From Octopus sinensis (lineage: Eukaryota): DNA of 64,000 nt. The position numbers and the translations under genes are program-made. The first letter of the stretch is position 1; the number at the start of each line of letters is the position of its first letter. The notes under the pieces are model-generated. The model ran no database searches, had not been told where the DNA came from, and saw nothing but the letters and a program-made list of their open reading frames with translations. The DNA lies in assembly GCF_006345805.1 (NCBI RefSeq), contig NC_042999.1, positions 109,864,001 through 109,928,000 of the forward strand, in the 5' to 3' direction. Shown here in pieces: positions 25,901-39,774 of this stretch.

Positions 25901-26310
25901 CGGGGCTTGTCTCTTTGAGCTGGGAAATGAATAGAATGCCTGGTGTCTGTCTTGTGGCTACCCTCTCCTAAAAAAATTGAAAAATAGGCCTGGGTATATA
26001 AAAAAGAAAAAATGTATAACATTCTATTGCATCAACCAAAATGAGAATGAGGATATTGATATTAAAGGAACTCATGGTTGGCAACATGTTTTATTTTCAT
26101 ATCAAAAAATTATTTTCTTTCATCTTCTCTCTCTCTCTCTCGCTCACACACACACACATACAATGGGCTTTTTCTACTTTCCCCCTGCTAAATTCTACAT
26201 ATAAGGCTTTGATTAACCTACAGCTATAGAAGACACCTATTGCCAGTGACTGCTCAATGATAATGAAACTTCAGCCATGTGGTTACAAAGTAAACTTATG
26301 ATAATAAACC

Positions 26311-26597
26311 ATGCCTGTGGCTAGTGGTTAGGGTGTTGTGCTTGCAATTGTAAGATTGTGGTTTTGATTCCCAGACCAGTGGTGTGTTGTTTTCTTGAGC
26401 CTCTTTGCTCTGCAATCATTTTGACATCTGACATGTGGCACATATGTGCACCTGTACTGGCAATGTCAATTTGACGGCGGAAGCGAGCTTATGATTTGTT
26501 TATAGTGATCAAACGTTTGTGTTCATGGAACACAAACATTTGATCAGCAAGAAATTGTGAAGCCCTCATCCATCATCTAATGAAAGGAGAGTCTATA
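26311..26597 (+). mobile_element. Degraded tRNA-derived SINE
   Basis: gtggctagtggttagggtg...gtggttttgattcccagacc head (A/B boxes) followed by gtgttgttttcttgagc (CORE-like). Confidence 0.7.
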
Positions 26598-27576
26598 AGA
26601 AATATGTGTGTGTGTTTGTAAGTATGCATGTTTGAAATTATTTATATATAGACACACACAAGTGAAGAAAAATACACCTGTATTTTGGTCTTTTTAAAAT
26701 TTTGATGATTATGTCCCTCTGTGAAACTACTAAAATTCTGCTACTGTATAATAAACTAGCTCTGTGAATAACTCCATGCAGAAAAAAAATATATATATTG
26801 TTTTTTTAAAGCCCCAAAAGATTAGAACACCAAATGGTAAACCCTAAAAATATGTTCCTATTCTGCTTCTGCTTCAGAAGTATTGATTAGGTTTCTACTC
26901 TCTTTTAGAAAAAGGCAGAAAAAGATATTTCACAACATGAGTAATTGAATTAACTTCTGATGGCATTGGAAAGTAGATTATTTAAAATTTAATCATATGG
27001 TTTGAGTAAGAAGAAAGTCTTGGAGAATAAATCCTTCAAAGAGGAATGGCTACTTGAAATTTCTGTTTCTTTGCCATTTTTGTTTTCTCTTTTTGTCTTT
27101 AAATTTTATCTTATATTTGTTATTTCTTTTCTTTGTTTTTTTTTGTTTGTTTGTTTTATTTTCTCCTCCCTTTATAATATATGTTTCCTTCATAAAATCA
27201 AAGTTGCCAACTAACTCCGATAAATCAATTTCATTATTTGAACAGTCGTTCAGCAAATATAATATTTTTCTTATTCTTGTTCGAATGTTTATTTTATTAT
27301 ATCTTTCTTTTTTTTTTGCTGTTGTTTTAGTTGCTTTAGTATTCCTTTTTATTTTCAATTTGTTAATAAATTTAATATACAATGTCCCCTCAGAAGATAT
27401 AAAGTAGACTTCATATTAATCTTTTTTAAAAGTATATTAAAATCACACATTATATATACACATAAATATATATATATAATATATATATACATATATATAT
27501 ATATAATATTATATTTTATATATATATATATACATATATATATATAATATTATATTTTATATATATATATATATAT

Positions 27577-27610
<34 letters not shown>

Positions 27611-27611
27611 C

Positions 27612-27670
<59 letters not shown>

Positions 27671-27674
<4 letters not shown>

Positions 27675-28083
27675 CATACTAAGACAGCTACATATCCCAT
27701 ATGTATACATAAATGCTTATACATACATATATCAACATACACACACACATATATATACAGACACATACACATCTATATCTTTATATGTATGTATACACCA
27801 ACATGAACAAAGATGATGTAGTTTAAATTTCACTTAATTCCATCAATTTCTCTCTCTATTTTGCTCAGTTAAATATCAATTTCTTTCAATTGAAAACCAG
27901 ATTTTTCCATGTTTGTTTGCTATAATAATGGGGCAATGAATAACAAAATAGATATAGTAATAATAATACAACCCCCCCCTCCATGATGATGGTGAGGCTT
28001 CTGCTACCAAGAGCAATAACAATAGTGATAATAATAATTTTTAGTATTAATTTATTAAAAGTAGCCTGTTTTTCCTAGGTATG

Positions 28084-28128
<45 letters not shown>

Positions 28129-28573
28129 TGGAGGTATTCAAAATGACATCAGTTTATAATAAATATTCACTTAATTGTTTTCTGAGGTCTGTTAGTTGTC
28201 CCCGCCCCTCATCCCTTTCTGCTTTAACCTGTTGGGTCTGGAGGAAGTTGTTGTGACCTTAGCTTTGCAGCCCCTCTTAGACTGGTGAGAGTCATACCTT
28301 TAATGTTTCTCTTGAGCCTTTGTTAGTCAACATCTGCGAGAAAATATACGAGCAGGTAGGGAATTCCAGACAGCCCTTTGGATATATAATCATAATGCAT
28401 CAAAATAGAGCTCATACAGCCCATTATCTGTACCCAGGCCATCTTAAGGCACGAGCACACTGGACAGTTGCTCAGGGGCCTCATGGATCAAGGAGACCAA
28501 TTCTACTATATATATATATATATATATTTAATACATACATATACACAAGTACATATGTGTAGAATATATATAG

Positions 28574-28613
<40 letters not shown>

Positions 28614-29445
28614 CATACTAAGACAGCTACATATCCCATATGTATACATAAATGCTTATACATACATATATCAACATACACACACACATATATATACAGA
28701 CACATACACATCTATATCTTTATATGTATGTATACACCAACATGAACAAAGATGATGTAGTTTAAATTTCACTTAATTCCATCAATTTCTCTCTCTATTT
28801 TGCTCAGTTAAATATCAATTTCTTTCAATTGAAAACCAGATTTTTCCATGTTTGTTTGCTATAATAATGGGGCAATGAATAACAAAATAGATATAGTAAT
28901 AATAATACAACCCCCCCTCCATGATGATGGTGAGGCTTCTGCTACCAAGAGCAATAACAATAGTGATAATAATAATTTTTAGTATTAATTTATTAAAAGT
29001 AGCCTGTTTTTCCTAGGTATGGTGTGAGAGAGAGAGAGAGAGAGAGTGTGGAGGTATTCAAAATGACATCAGTTTATAATAAATATTCACTTAATTGTTT
29101 TCTGAGGTCTGTTAGTTGTCCCCGCCCCTCATCCCTTTCTGCTTTAACCTGTTGGGTCTGGAGGAAGTTGTTGTGACCTTAGCTTTGCAGCCCCTCTTAG
29201 ACTGGTGAGAGTCATACCTTTAATGTTTCTCTTGAGCCTTTGTTAGTCAACATCTGCGAGAAAATATACGAGCAGGTAGGGAATTCCAGACAGCCCTTTG
29301 GATATATAATCATAATGCATCAAAATAGAGCTCATACAGCCCATTATCTGTACCCAGGGCCATCTTAAGGCACGAGCACACTGGACAGTTGCTCAGGGGC
29401 CTCATGGATCAAGGAGACCAATTCTACTATATATATATATATATA
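27671..29445 (+). repeat. Near-identical tandem duplication, unit ~0.93 kb
   Basis: 27671-~28525 recurs at 28610-~29445. Offset is 939 at the start and 921 at the end. The differences I could see are only (GA)n length and single-base C/G-run lengths. Confidence 0.92.
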
Positions 29446-29534
29446 TATTGTGGCTTGCTGTTAATAAAAAATAATATAGGGCCCCAAGGCATCGATTTGT
29501 CCATGGGGTCCATAATGCTGCTAACACAGCCCTG
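29355..29534 (+). mobile_element. hAT-type MITE (CAGGGC termini) with internal (TA)n
   Basis: cagggccatcttaa ... acagccctg; flanks tctgtacc / tctgtatg (6/8). Same family in reverse orientation at 63431-63594. Confidence 0.7.
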
Positions 29535-29986
29535 TCTGTATGAAATTTACAACACTGACAATATCAGAAATAAAAAAAAACCATTGATGATGGAGGAAGT
29601 AAAGTTGATTCAAAGGTTCAAAATGTCACACCTTTTGTCTGTCATGAAACTCTGTTACCCAAGTAAAATAAATACTAATTGATATGAAGCCTTCGTGAAA
29701 GACTGCGTTATAAATAAAAATTAACGATAAGAATTTTTAACGCTGTTTCAATTTGCTATATCTCAATTCTTGACTGGTACAGTGGAAGGATAAAAGACAA
29801 AATCCACAGTTGTGGGGAATTTGAATTCAGAACATGATGAGGTGTTACTAAATACTGCACTCTACTAATTCTACCAATCCTGAAATGCTACCGAATATAA
29901 ATTTTACTTTAATTCCAATTATTGCAAACCTATCAAGTTGAATGCTGGTATAAACTTAAAGAAAAACGCTTCCAATTCAATTAAGC

Positions 29987-30110
29987 AAGTGTGCTATACT
30001 TTAGACATTCACAGAAGATCTATACCTTCAAAAGAGTCCTCTTTGTCCAAGTGTGCCATACTTTAGACATTCACAGAAGATCTACGCCTTCAAAAGAGAC
30101 CTCTTTGGCC
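29987..30110 (+). repeat. 62-bp direct tandem repeat, 2 copies
   Basis: aagtgtgctatactttagacattcacagaagatctataccttcaaaagagtcctctttgtcc is repeated with a few substitutions. Confidence 0.92.
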
Positions 30111-30326
30111 AGAACAATCTGGCAATATTTACTTAACGTTTTACTGGATGATCATGAACTTCTCTAACTGGTCTTTTGTAATTTTAAGCCATTTTATTGA
30201 TGCATCAAGGAATCATAAGTGGCATCCAATGAACATGGTGCAGAGGAAAATACTTATTGTGATCACTTAGCAACAGAGACTTTTAGATAACAATAACCGA
30301 CTAATAACATTAAGGAGAGAAAGTAA

Positions 30327-30690
30327 CATCATCATCATCATTGTTTAACATCCGCTTTCCATGCTAGTATGAGTTGGATGGTCTGACCGAGGACTAGCAA
30401 GCCAGTGGGCTGCACTAGGCTCCAACCTGATCTGGCAAAGTTTCTACAGCTGGACGCCCTTCCTAACACCAACCACTCTGAGAGTGTAAGTGGGTGCTTT
30501 TTACATGCCACCAGCACAGGAGCCAGTCAAACAGCATTGGCATCAATCAGGTTCTTTCAGTTTCTGTCTACTAAATCCACTTACAAGGCTTTGGTCGGCC
30601 CGAAGCTATAGTAGAAGACACTTGCCCAAGGTGCCACGAAGTGGGACTGAACCCAGACCCAAGTGGTTGGGAAGCAAGCTCCTTACCACT
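30327..30690 (-). mobile_element. Composite SINE: family-A tRNA head and central domain joined to family-B RTE-type tail
   Basis: Minus strand: head (30690-30555), then ...gtggcatgtaaaaagcaccc...ggaagggcgtccagctgtagaaac...gatgttaaacaatgatgatgatg. Confidence 0.75.
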
Positions 30691-31227
30691 TGTATTTTTC
30701 ATTTGTACTCTTCCAAGTTTACAAAGAGTAGTTCAGCTCCAGAACTGTCATTGAAGTAAAGGAATTCAGAGGCAATATTCAGTAGAATATTCTAATTTCT
30801 ATTCACTTTCTACTGTCCCTTACTAAGTACTAAGCCCTTACTAAGCCCTCAATTCGGGTTGTAAATGTAAGATGATATTTAATGAAAGTTATGTATTCTT
30901 AGCCTTCTCTTCATTCAGGTTGAGAAGTATTTAATGTCCACAAGCAATGATCATTTGATCGGATGATAAAGTGTACTCTGTGTGTGTGTGTTTAAGGGAA
31001 GCTGTGTTCGTGTGGATGCTTAAAATAAAAGGAAAACGCAAGCAAATAATAATAAAATTATAATAATAATTTCATTTATTTGCCACCAGGGCGATGGATG
31101 AGGGGAACAATACACAGACAGACATAAAGCGTGGCGTTTTACATATAATGAAATGATAAAATAATTGAATAAGTAAAAAAAAAACCAATTAATGATAATG
31201 ATTTCTTTTAGCGCAAAACGCAAGCAG

Positions 31228-31275
<48 letters not shown>

Positions 31276-32379
31276 TAAATAAATAAATAAATAAATCCAT
31301 CGTGCAGGTCAGTGACCAAAGCCCTACTTCTCGTTATAAACAACTCGCCGGTTATTCTTCAGTCATAATGTATAGAGGATTTTTAAAAAGCTAGTGGAAG
31401 CGATGGGTCAGTTCACTTTGGTTGCTAATTCTGAAATGTCTAATGATTATATGTAGAGGCTCCTTCATCGACTCGATGGAGCTTTTCGCGTGTGTAATTA
31501 ACCGTCTAAATATATCTATTAGAAACAACATAATCTTGTTTTTCTCATGTTTGGATGTTTAACTGTACACATAATTAGCTCTATCGGATGATATCGAGTA
31601 CTATTGATTACATATATACACACATATATGTATATATAAGGATAATTAAACGCAATAAAAGAGAGTGGTGGTGGTGGTGGTGGTGAGAAAATATATTTCT
31701 AAGGAAAAAAAAGATTCCGCGTGTAAGAAAGATCGATTGCTCAATTATATGTGATGGAGAGAATATGTGAAAAATAAAAAGAAAAGAAAATGTTATGCTT
31801 CAACTGTATACGCGCGAATGCGTAGATGTGGGCAAATTGAAAGAAAGGTTAAGTAAAAACTAAAATAGAATAAAATATATATTACGTAGATATAATGTAT
31901 CGCTGTGCGAGTGTGTGCGTGGTAAAAAAAATAAAAAAAGAAAGAATACGGTAAGAACTGAATGTGTTTGTGTTGATATGAAAAATGAAAAGCAGAGTAT
32001 GTACTATGTTTTTTCAAATAGAATACTTATTTAGGAAACATAAAAAAAGCAAACAATACAGCAGATCAAATCACCGTAATTTGGGGATAGCAAAACCAAA
32101 AACATCGCTACCAAATACGATTAACCTTTGAACTATTGCGGAGGCCAGGCATTCTACTCCAGATGGGACCTTCCCCAGCCAGTCATGCTGCATAACATAT
32201 GCAGTCAGATATCTCTCTCTCTCTCACACACACACTTTCCTATTTTTATGTATAAGCAGAATTGCCCAACAGACTTACTCCAAGGGGCTCCACTCCAGAA
32301 CAAGTTAACGAGGATATCTCTCGACAGACGCTGGAACTGCTAGAAATATCAACTGAACCAACGTCAAGTTACATCTTAC

Positions 32380-32382
32380 CAT
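32380..32382 (-). CDS. Candidate start codon at the end of a first exon (ATG|gtaag)
   Basis: Minus strand reads tttttcaagATG|gtaagatg: invertebrate-type Kozak (caagATG) directly followed by a consensus donor, inside the CpG island. Confidence 0.35.
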
Positions 32383-32910
32383 CTTGAAAAATTAAAGGAC
32401 GTATGAGACAAATTTAGAGCTAGATATACAAAACGTATGATCGTCTGCGGAATTTTTAGAATAGTTGTCCAGCAGAAGTGTGGGTTGGGGGAACAAAACA
32501 TTAAAATTATAGGAGAAAAAACTGTTTTCAGATTCGTAATTCCCGTTGCATGAAAAGCAGGAATACTTAAGATAAATAAATAAAATAAAAAGAAAACTAT
32601 TCCTTTTCTTTCCCATGAGATATGGGATTTTGAGGGACAACTTCGCCGGATTGTCTGACCAGAATATCTGTGATATAGTGAGTCAGCTCGAGCAGGGTTG
32701 ACTTGAGGATAAAAACCAACAACAAGCTCCACGCCAAAAGATCATGAATTCAGGTGTCAAAAGCGATGCACGAGAGCAGGCGCGTGTTTGGGTACGCATG
32801 CCAGTCTAAGCGTGAATATAAGACAGTAGGGTTAGCTTTCTAAAAGCCCCTGCATTAGATATATTAACCGAAATAATTGTGGGGAAGAAAACGAGAGAGA
32901 AAAATCCTAG

Positions 32911-33250
32911 CCGGAGCACGTTGTGGTGTTTAGGATGTTCGGTTTATGATCGTTAGATAGTGGTTTCAATTCCTGGACCGGGTTAGCTTTCTAAAGCTAA
33001 AGCGTTGTGTCCTTGAGTATGGCGCTTTATTTTTCGTTGCTCTAGGCTAGTCCGTTGAAAATCATTTGGTGCAGACCTTTCTTCCTTCAACTGGTCACAT
33101 CTTCGGTATTCCGTTGAGTGAAAGGGTGGGAGGGAGCGAGACTACGTGTGTGAGTGTTTGTCTGCACGCAACTAAATAGGCATCTAAAACAATTAACGAA
33201 AGTATGGTACATGCCACTCGATCATACGCTCTTGCGAGGTCAGTGATTAA
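32911..33250 (+). mobile_element. tRNA-derived SINE with CORE-like segment, CpGs retained
   Basis: gtggtgtttaggatg...gtggtttcaattcctggaccggg head, then gcgttgtgtccttgagtatggcgcttta. Confidence 0.7.
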
Positions 33251-34546
33251 TAATCCTTTCTTATTTTGGCCCAAGCCAGTAATTTTGAGGGGTGGGAAAG
33301 TTGATTACGTTGACCCCCCAAGGCTCAACTAGTACTTATTTCATCAACCCCGAAAGAACGAAAGGCAAAATTACCCTCGTCGGAAAATGTGTGTGTGTAT
33401 GTGTCCGATGTTTTCGTTATTACCGATCGCATTGCACAAATTCACTCAACTTTCAAAACTATTTTGTGAGAGTGATGATGGTGAAATCAGTGGTTGTATT
33501 ATTGATAACTAGTATTAGTGATGATAATGATGACAATAATAATAATAGTTCGTTATTGCAGTGAATGAAGTCTACTAGAAAAGTTTTGCTCAGACCAGAA
33601 ACAAAAATGAATTATATGAAGCTGAGATAATAATAATGATAATAATAACAACAATAATGATTTGGGTTGACAAAAAGCATTTAAGACTTAATAAACCCGA
33701 AGAGGAGAGTTGAATAAATTTATTGTTAATACCAGCCTAGTACACAGTTCTTATTCAGACAGTATATCTTAGGTGGGGTCTTTTTTTCCCCAAGACAGTC
33801 GGATTTAATTTTAAGGACACTTAGCTGCTGTTTGTAGCAGATTGAGCGATCATGTTGAGGCTCTGTTGTTGACCCGTCTCTGAATAGATAAGTTGATAAA
33901 GCTGCAGTAGCAGGAGCAGTAATATCGATAGTCTAACAATGATGGGATATCGGACGGGAAAAATACTAAGAAATGTCAGAAATATATAAATGATGACCAG
34001 CAGGGCGGAAAGGATCAGTGGAAATTGTAGTAAGGCGCGACAAAAACTAAGTTGTGAGGGTACATAGAATTTTGTTGAGATAATGAAGATAGGTTTTCAT
34101 GGGTTGTTTGTGTAGAGTTAACAGTCGATAGGCAGCTACCGAGAAAGGTAAGCTTTTTTTTCCTTTTATTGGATAAAATAATTAAGGAAATGAATGGGCG
34201 TTTTAAGATTAAGTGTTTTGTTCAGCTCCCGAGCAAACCGAAAACTAAATTGTCCCAAGATCTCGTATTTTTTTGTATATCTAAAATCACAATGTCCAAG
34301 GTGCCTTTTTTTCTTTTCTTTTCATTTTTTTTTAAAGATGGTAAAATGTGATTTAAGAGATTTAGCTGCTATTTTTTTTTTAGTTTGGACGAACGAGCAC
34401 GAAGAGACCCACGTTTGGTCGTTGGTTGTATTAAAAAACGTTGAAGTAGAAGTGTAAGCGCGTGAGGGTGTATGTGTGTGCGCGCATGAGAATGAGTGAC
34501 CATCGACCAGTGAGCAAACGTCCATTCATTCACCTCTTTTACTCAC

Positions 34547-34568
34547 AGTCCTTAGAAACTGGCTTCAT
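34547..34568 (-). CDS. Alternative candidate first coding exon (MKPVSKD-)
   Basis: ATG AAG CCA GTT TCT AAG GAC T|gtgagt, a strong donor inside the CpG island. May be a non-coding exon or chance. Confidence 0.25.
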
Positions 34569-36167
34569 TGCAGAAATAAATCAAGATGAATCAAGACAAG
34601 TTTAATCAAAATCAGAAAAAAAGTCACTCAGTTAAAGGGAGATAACTCATTAATTTAAACGAACGTGCAGAAGGCTTCCTATCTGACTATGATAAAGAGA
34701 TAATAGCAGAGAGGATATAGTAGTTATTGATAGCGAGTAATTAGTCTTTATTGTTATTGTAATTGTTGTCACTTTCATTATTGACACTATTGCCGCTATT
34801 GGTATTCTTACTACTTTCGACACTTCAGCTGTTTGTATTGTTATGTACTGATTGATGGTGCTTACATCACACCCCTTCAATCAGCGTAGATAATATTTGT
34901 TATTTCATTTACACTACAAATATCATTGTCCTTGTGTCAAATAGGCATTAATTTCTTTTGTTGGGAACCATGAAAATGGCAATCAACTCCACCCTCTCTC
35001 CCCCAAATACTTTTAATTCCTTTACTGTTGTTTAGCCCCAGGTCAGTGCTGGTTGAAGTGGCCTGTCTCCAGAGGAATTCCAACTACAGACAATCCTGCG
35101 TATTTTAGGTGTATATAGAATTAAATTATTTAACAAGCCCTTCCTTTTTTTTGGCAGTGGGGTTTAATTTGAGTAAGAGTTGTTGCCTACTTTTAGTGAC
35201 CACACAGTTGGTCCCTTCCTTGGTCTGCTATCATACATTGAGGTTTCTGTCACTGCTCCTATTGTTGTCATTGCTAAAGGTTGATACTGTTATTGTGTGT
35301 GGTTAATACTGGTACAGACGTAAGTTGGTGATAGTGTGGTGGTTCTCTGCCAACCCACAACAAGATTGTCCGTTAATTTTGATCCGTATCAATGTAACCA
35401 GTTGAGTGGGTTAGCGACTAAATCGTGCCGAAACGGGTGGACGGTTTGCGCGGATGTTATAAAAAAGAAAGATAATAACCCTGATGATAGTGTTGATGTA
35501 ATTAGGAGTTGGAGGTGTCTAGCTAAGCTGGTGTGTTGGTGGTAAGTGGTTTCAATAAACAGTGGTAGTGGTGGCGGTGGCAGTAGTGGTTTTTAATCTT
35601 GAGTAGAAGAGACAATAACTAAAACGGTAGTATTGATGATTATGATGATGATGATGCTGATGACGACGACTATGGCGATAGTGATTATGCTGTTGATGCT
35701 GCTTGTAATTATAAGGACAGAGAGGTGGTAGTGACAATGCCACCAGTGGTAGTAGTGATAGTGTGGTTGGAGAGTAAGTGATGTAGGTGGTGGTGGTGGT
35801 GGTGGAGGGGAAGGATTGCAGTGATGCTGGTGGCAGTTACAGTGGTGGTGGTGGTGGTAGTGGTAGTTGTCAGTGTCATCAACTCGGAAGTAGAGGAGAA
35901 GAGTAAAAACTATATAGATGGGGAGGAAGTTGCAAAGACTAGAGAAAGGCAAGCTAATGTTACATAGATGCAATCAAATTTACATAATTTAATGGGTGCA
36001 TAGGCAGACAGGACTGCAGGAATGGAGGAGATCCATCTGCTTGAAGGGAAGCACTTGGTGGTTGTGGTGATGGTGGTGGTAGTACTGGTGGTGGTGGTGG
36101 TGGTGGCGATGTAGAAGAGAGCATTCTGAAGCAAAGTGACATTTTTGGGTCATAGCAGCAAGGAATG

Positions 36168-36206
<39 letters not shown>

Positions 36207-36657
36207 AGGATGAAAGTAAAACAGGGCTGTCTCACTTCTTTGAGACTTGAAATTTAATCAAATTGAATGCAAAAACAATTTTTGAGAAAAAAATATAATT
36301 TTCATATAAATCTCATTATTATTATTATTATCATTATTATTATTATTATCATTATTATTATTATTATTATTGTTGTAGGGGATGTTAATTTATATATAAA
36401 GAAAACAAAAAAAAAAAAGAAAGAAATGGAGATGTTGAATAAAAGCAATATGAGAGAATAAAAAAAATCTGAACCACAAAAACAATATAAATATGGGAGA
36501 AAAACTAAAATCATAGCTCAGGCATATTTTGGGCAAACATACAAACGTGATTGGCTTATATACATATGTGTGTGTGTGTGTAATTGAATATAACATTATA
36601 TTATAATTGAATTTAAAATACTATATATACATATGTCTATATCTATGTATATGTATA

Positions 36658-36693
<36 letters not shown>

Positions 36694-38056
36694 TAGATAG
36701 ATAGATATATCAGTAAAAATCAAAACCTAAACATATATACACATATGCACGCTTATACATTTAGAATAAAAATGTATAAACAAACACACACACACACACA
36801 CACAAATTCTAATTTATGTTGGAAAAAATACATACATTCCCATTCCTACCTCAGCATATATGGCAATAGACATAAAAGAAGCACATATGCATATACATAT
36901 ATACATAAACAATAAGCATGTGTGTTCATATATATATTTGTATGAAAGTGCAAGCACTGATATACACAAAATACATGTAATATACAAATTAATACAAACA
37001 AATCGTAAGAGTATGCACAAAACCTTACACACACACACACAGAGCGTTGCTCCAACTCAGTATTGATGTACTCACTCATAGATATCAATAGTTGATATAT
37101 ACCAATCATAAATACAAACGAACATCTATACATATACATGATAGAAAAAAAAAAAAGAAGAAAAAAGAAAAAAAAAGGGAGAAAGAAACCTGAATTGGCT
37201 ATTATGATATTCTTCTTTCTAGCAATGTCTAAAGATGGAAGATTAAAAAGTTTTCAACTGATCTTTCTCTTGATTGGCCCAACTTTTATTTTAAGAAATA
37301 TTGTTAAATTTAAGTAAACAGAAATATATACCCACCCACTGGAAAAAAAAAAAAGAGAGAGAAGAAAAAAACAAACAAAAATAAAACAAAAACAAAAACA
37401 CCCTTTTCAAATCTTAACAAATGTGTGCAAAGTCTTTCCTTCTTATGTGTAGGAAGCCTAGTTGAAAGAGAAGAAAACACTTAGCAAAATAGAATTTCCC
37501 TGGGCAAGCAGCTATATACCATTAAATCCACTGAACCAGGCTGACATTTCCTTTTCGGTAAAGCTTACTGCTAATTAAAAGGGAGTGTGGAGGTAATAGC
37601 TGGAATAGCTTATAAGTTAGCAACATCACAAAATATATAAATTTCATCTCGCTTTCTCTCTCTCTTTCTGAATATATATATATATATATATATATCATCA
37701 TCATCATCATGGGTTGAATGGGTCAACAAGAACAGACAAGCCAAAGGGTGGTGCCATATTCTATGTCTACTCTGGCACAATTTCTAAAGCTGGATGCCCT
37801 TCCAAATGCCAACCACTTAATAGAGTGTAGTGGGTGCTTTTTACGTGGCACCAGCACTGCTGGGATCACCAAGTATCCACAAGATCCCTCCACTGAGTGG
37901 GATATAGAATAGAGGGATCAGAAACTATGTTAAAGGCACAGGAACAGGTGTCTTGCTGAAGAGGTGAATACATTGGTTTTTCCCACCTGGAAAATGAGAG
38001 AGAGAGGGAGGGAGGGAGAGAGAGAGGGAGAGAGCGAGAGAGATACTTGTGTGTGC

Positions 38057-38106
<50 letters not shown>

Positions 38107-39774
38107 ATACACAGACATGCACATATACATGTCTCTCTCTCTCTCTCCCTATATATACATATACATGCCTACATACATATATATATATCCATCTAATCTA
38201 CTAAATATATGTATATATTGACAAGATACTTACAATATAATTTGAAGCATATGAGATTTTATATGTGTAATTGTTTAGGGTGTATATGTATGAATGTTGA
38301 TGCCTGCAACACACACACACATGTATATATGTATAAAATAAAGCTTATTTTATGAGACTAAATTTTGGGTTGCAGAGGTATGTTATTTTCCTTTCGAACA
38401 AGTAAAGAAGAAGAAAAAAATAACATTAAAAGCAGAAAACAAACTCAAAATAAAATACATTGTATGCTTACTATATTAATCAGCTAAGAGATCACACAGA
38501 CAACTTGCTTTTTTCAAATAAGTATTTATTGGTTAGACTATTCACACTATTTTTTTTTTTATTGTACCATTTGAAGAAGCACAGATATGCATATGCATAA
38601 AAAATACGGTATCTGATAATAATCAAAGAGCAGTAAAGTGACATTAAAAGATGAGATTTGTAATCCAATTTATGTAAACTACTGTTGTAATAACACAACT
38701 CAGATACTACTTATATCAATTAGTTATGAGGGGCTGCGTGCAATACAAGATGAACACAAGTAGATAAGGAAAATGTTGAATTAGATACTGCTACCTTACA
38801 ACATTTAGAGTACTAAATCTATCATTTGTATAAAATTTATGGTAAGTTTAGTACTACACTTAGCTAATATAAGGACTTACATAGAATCTCATAAAAAATC
38901 ATAACTGTTTTCCCTTTAAATTGACAAATAACTTGTCGCTGTTTCATAGAAATGTAGTACACACTGTCTCAATTATATACCTAGGTAAATTGTGGGAAAA
39001 GAAAACGTTGCTCTTTCATTTCAGAATCTCCTTCAAAATCACTCCCATTAACTTATATCACCCACTGCCTTTCAAGACACTTTTATGGCTGTCAACAGAA
39101 TAACAAGAACCAAAAGCTCTTAAGAAAAACTTTTCATTTGCATTGACTTAGTGATATCATCGTCCACCCCCTCTCTCACTATTCTTCACTGTTTGGCACA
39201 TATCTTCTATTTATTCGGGACCTTTTATAACGTGGGCCCTAAAAGAGTCACATAAGTGTTTTGAAGCCAACAGACTTAAATACCAAGGGTAAATTAGTAA
39301 GATTTATGAGATAATATTGTATGCATTGAAAGAAATATTTTGTATCTGCATGCTGTGCTTAATAGGTGGGAAAAAAATATGGTATTTGGTATGTTTTGAA
39401 GGAGAATTCAGGTTTAAAGTGACTAACATTAAAATGATTCTCACAGATTTAAGGGTCTAGCTTATACAGAAAGGAAACAAATATCTGAAATATTCAAACT
39501 GTGAAGCTGATAATGTTGACTGTCTAATTAGCAAATAACTTTGAAGTAGGACTGAAGATTTCAGCAATAATTATAGATTACATGGATAAGGTAAATTGTT
39601 CAATAAAGTGTTACTGCTAGGGTTCCCAAACTTTCTAATATTATTCCACAAACTGCCCATTAAAACAATTTTATATATTATTGGAAGGAATTCACGGGTT
39701 AAACTACAGGATGAAAAAAAAAAAATAAGTGTATATTTCAGCATTTCTTTCACTATTCAATCAATCTTCTAGAA

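Larger units (their letters stand above)
31100..35460. promoter_or_regulatory. CpG-retaining island, probable promoter/5' gene region
   Basis: CG dinucleotides occur in most lines, including non-repeat sequence, unlike the flanks (visual estimate, not counted). NRF1-like motifs at ~32793 (gtacgcatgcc) and ~34478 (gtgcgcgcatg). Outward-facing donors at 32379 (-) and 34148 (+). Confidence 0.5.

Noticed and set aside
27671-30110. Direct repeats considered as a CRISPR-like array
   Set aside because: Two-copy duplications with no repeat-spacer structure, in a eukaryotic context.
35480-36120. His/Pro/Thr-rich ORFs on the minus strand
   Set aside because: Cryptic (GGT)/(GAT) trinucleotide low complexity with stops in all frames; no recognisable domain.
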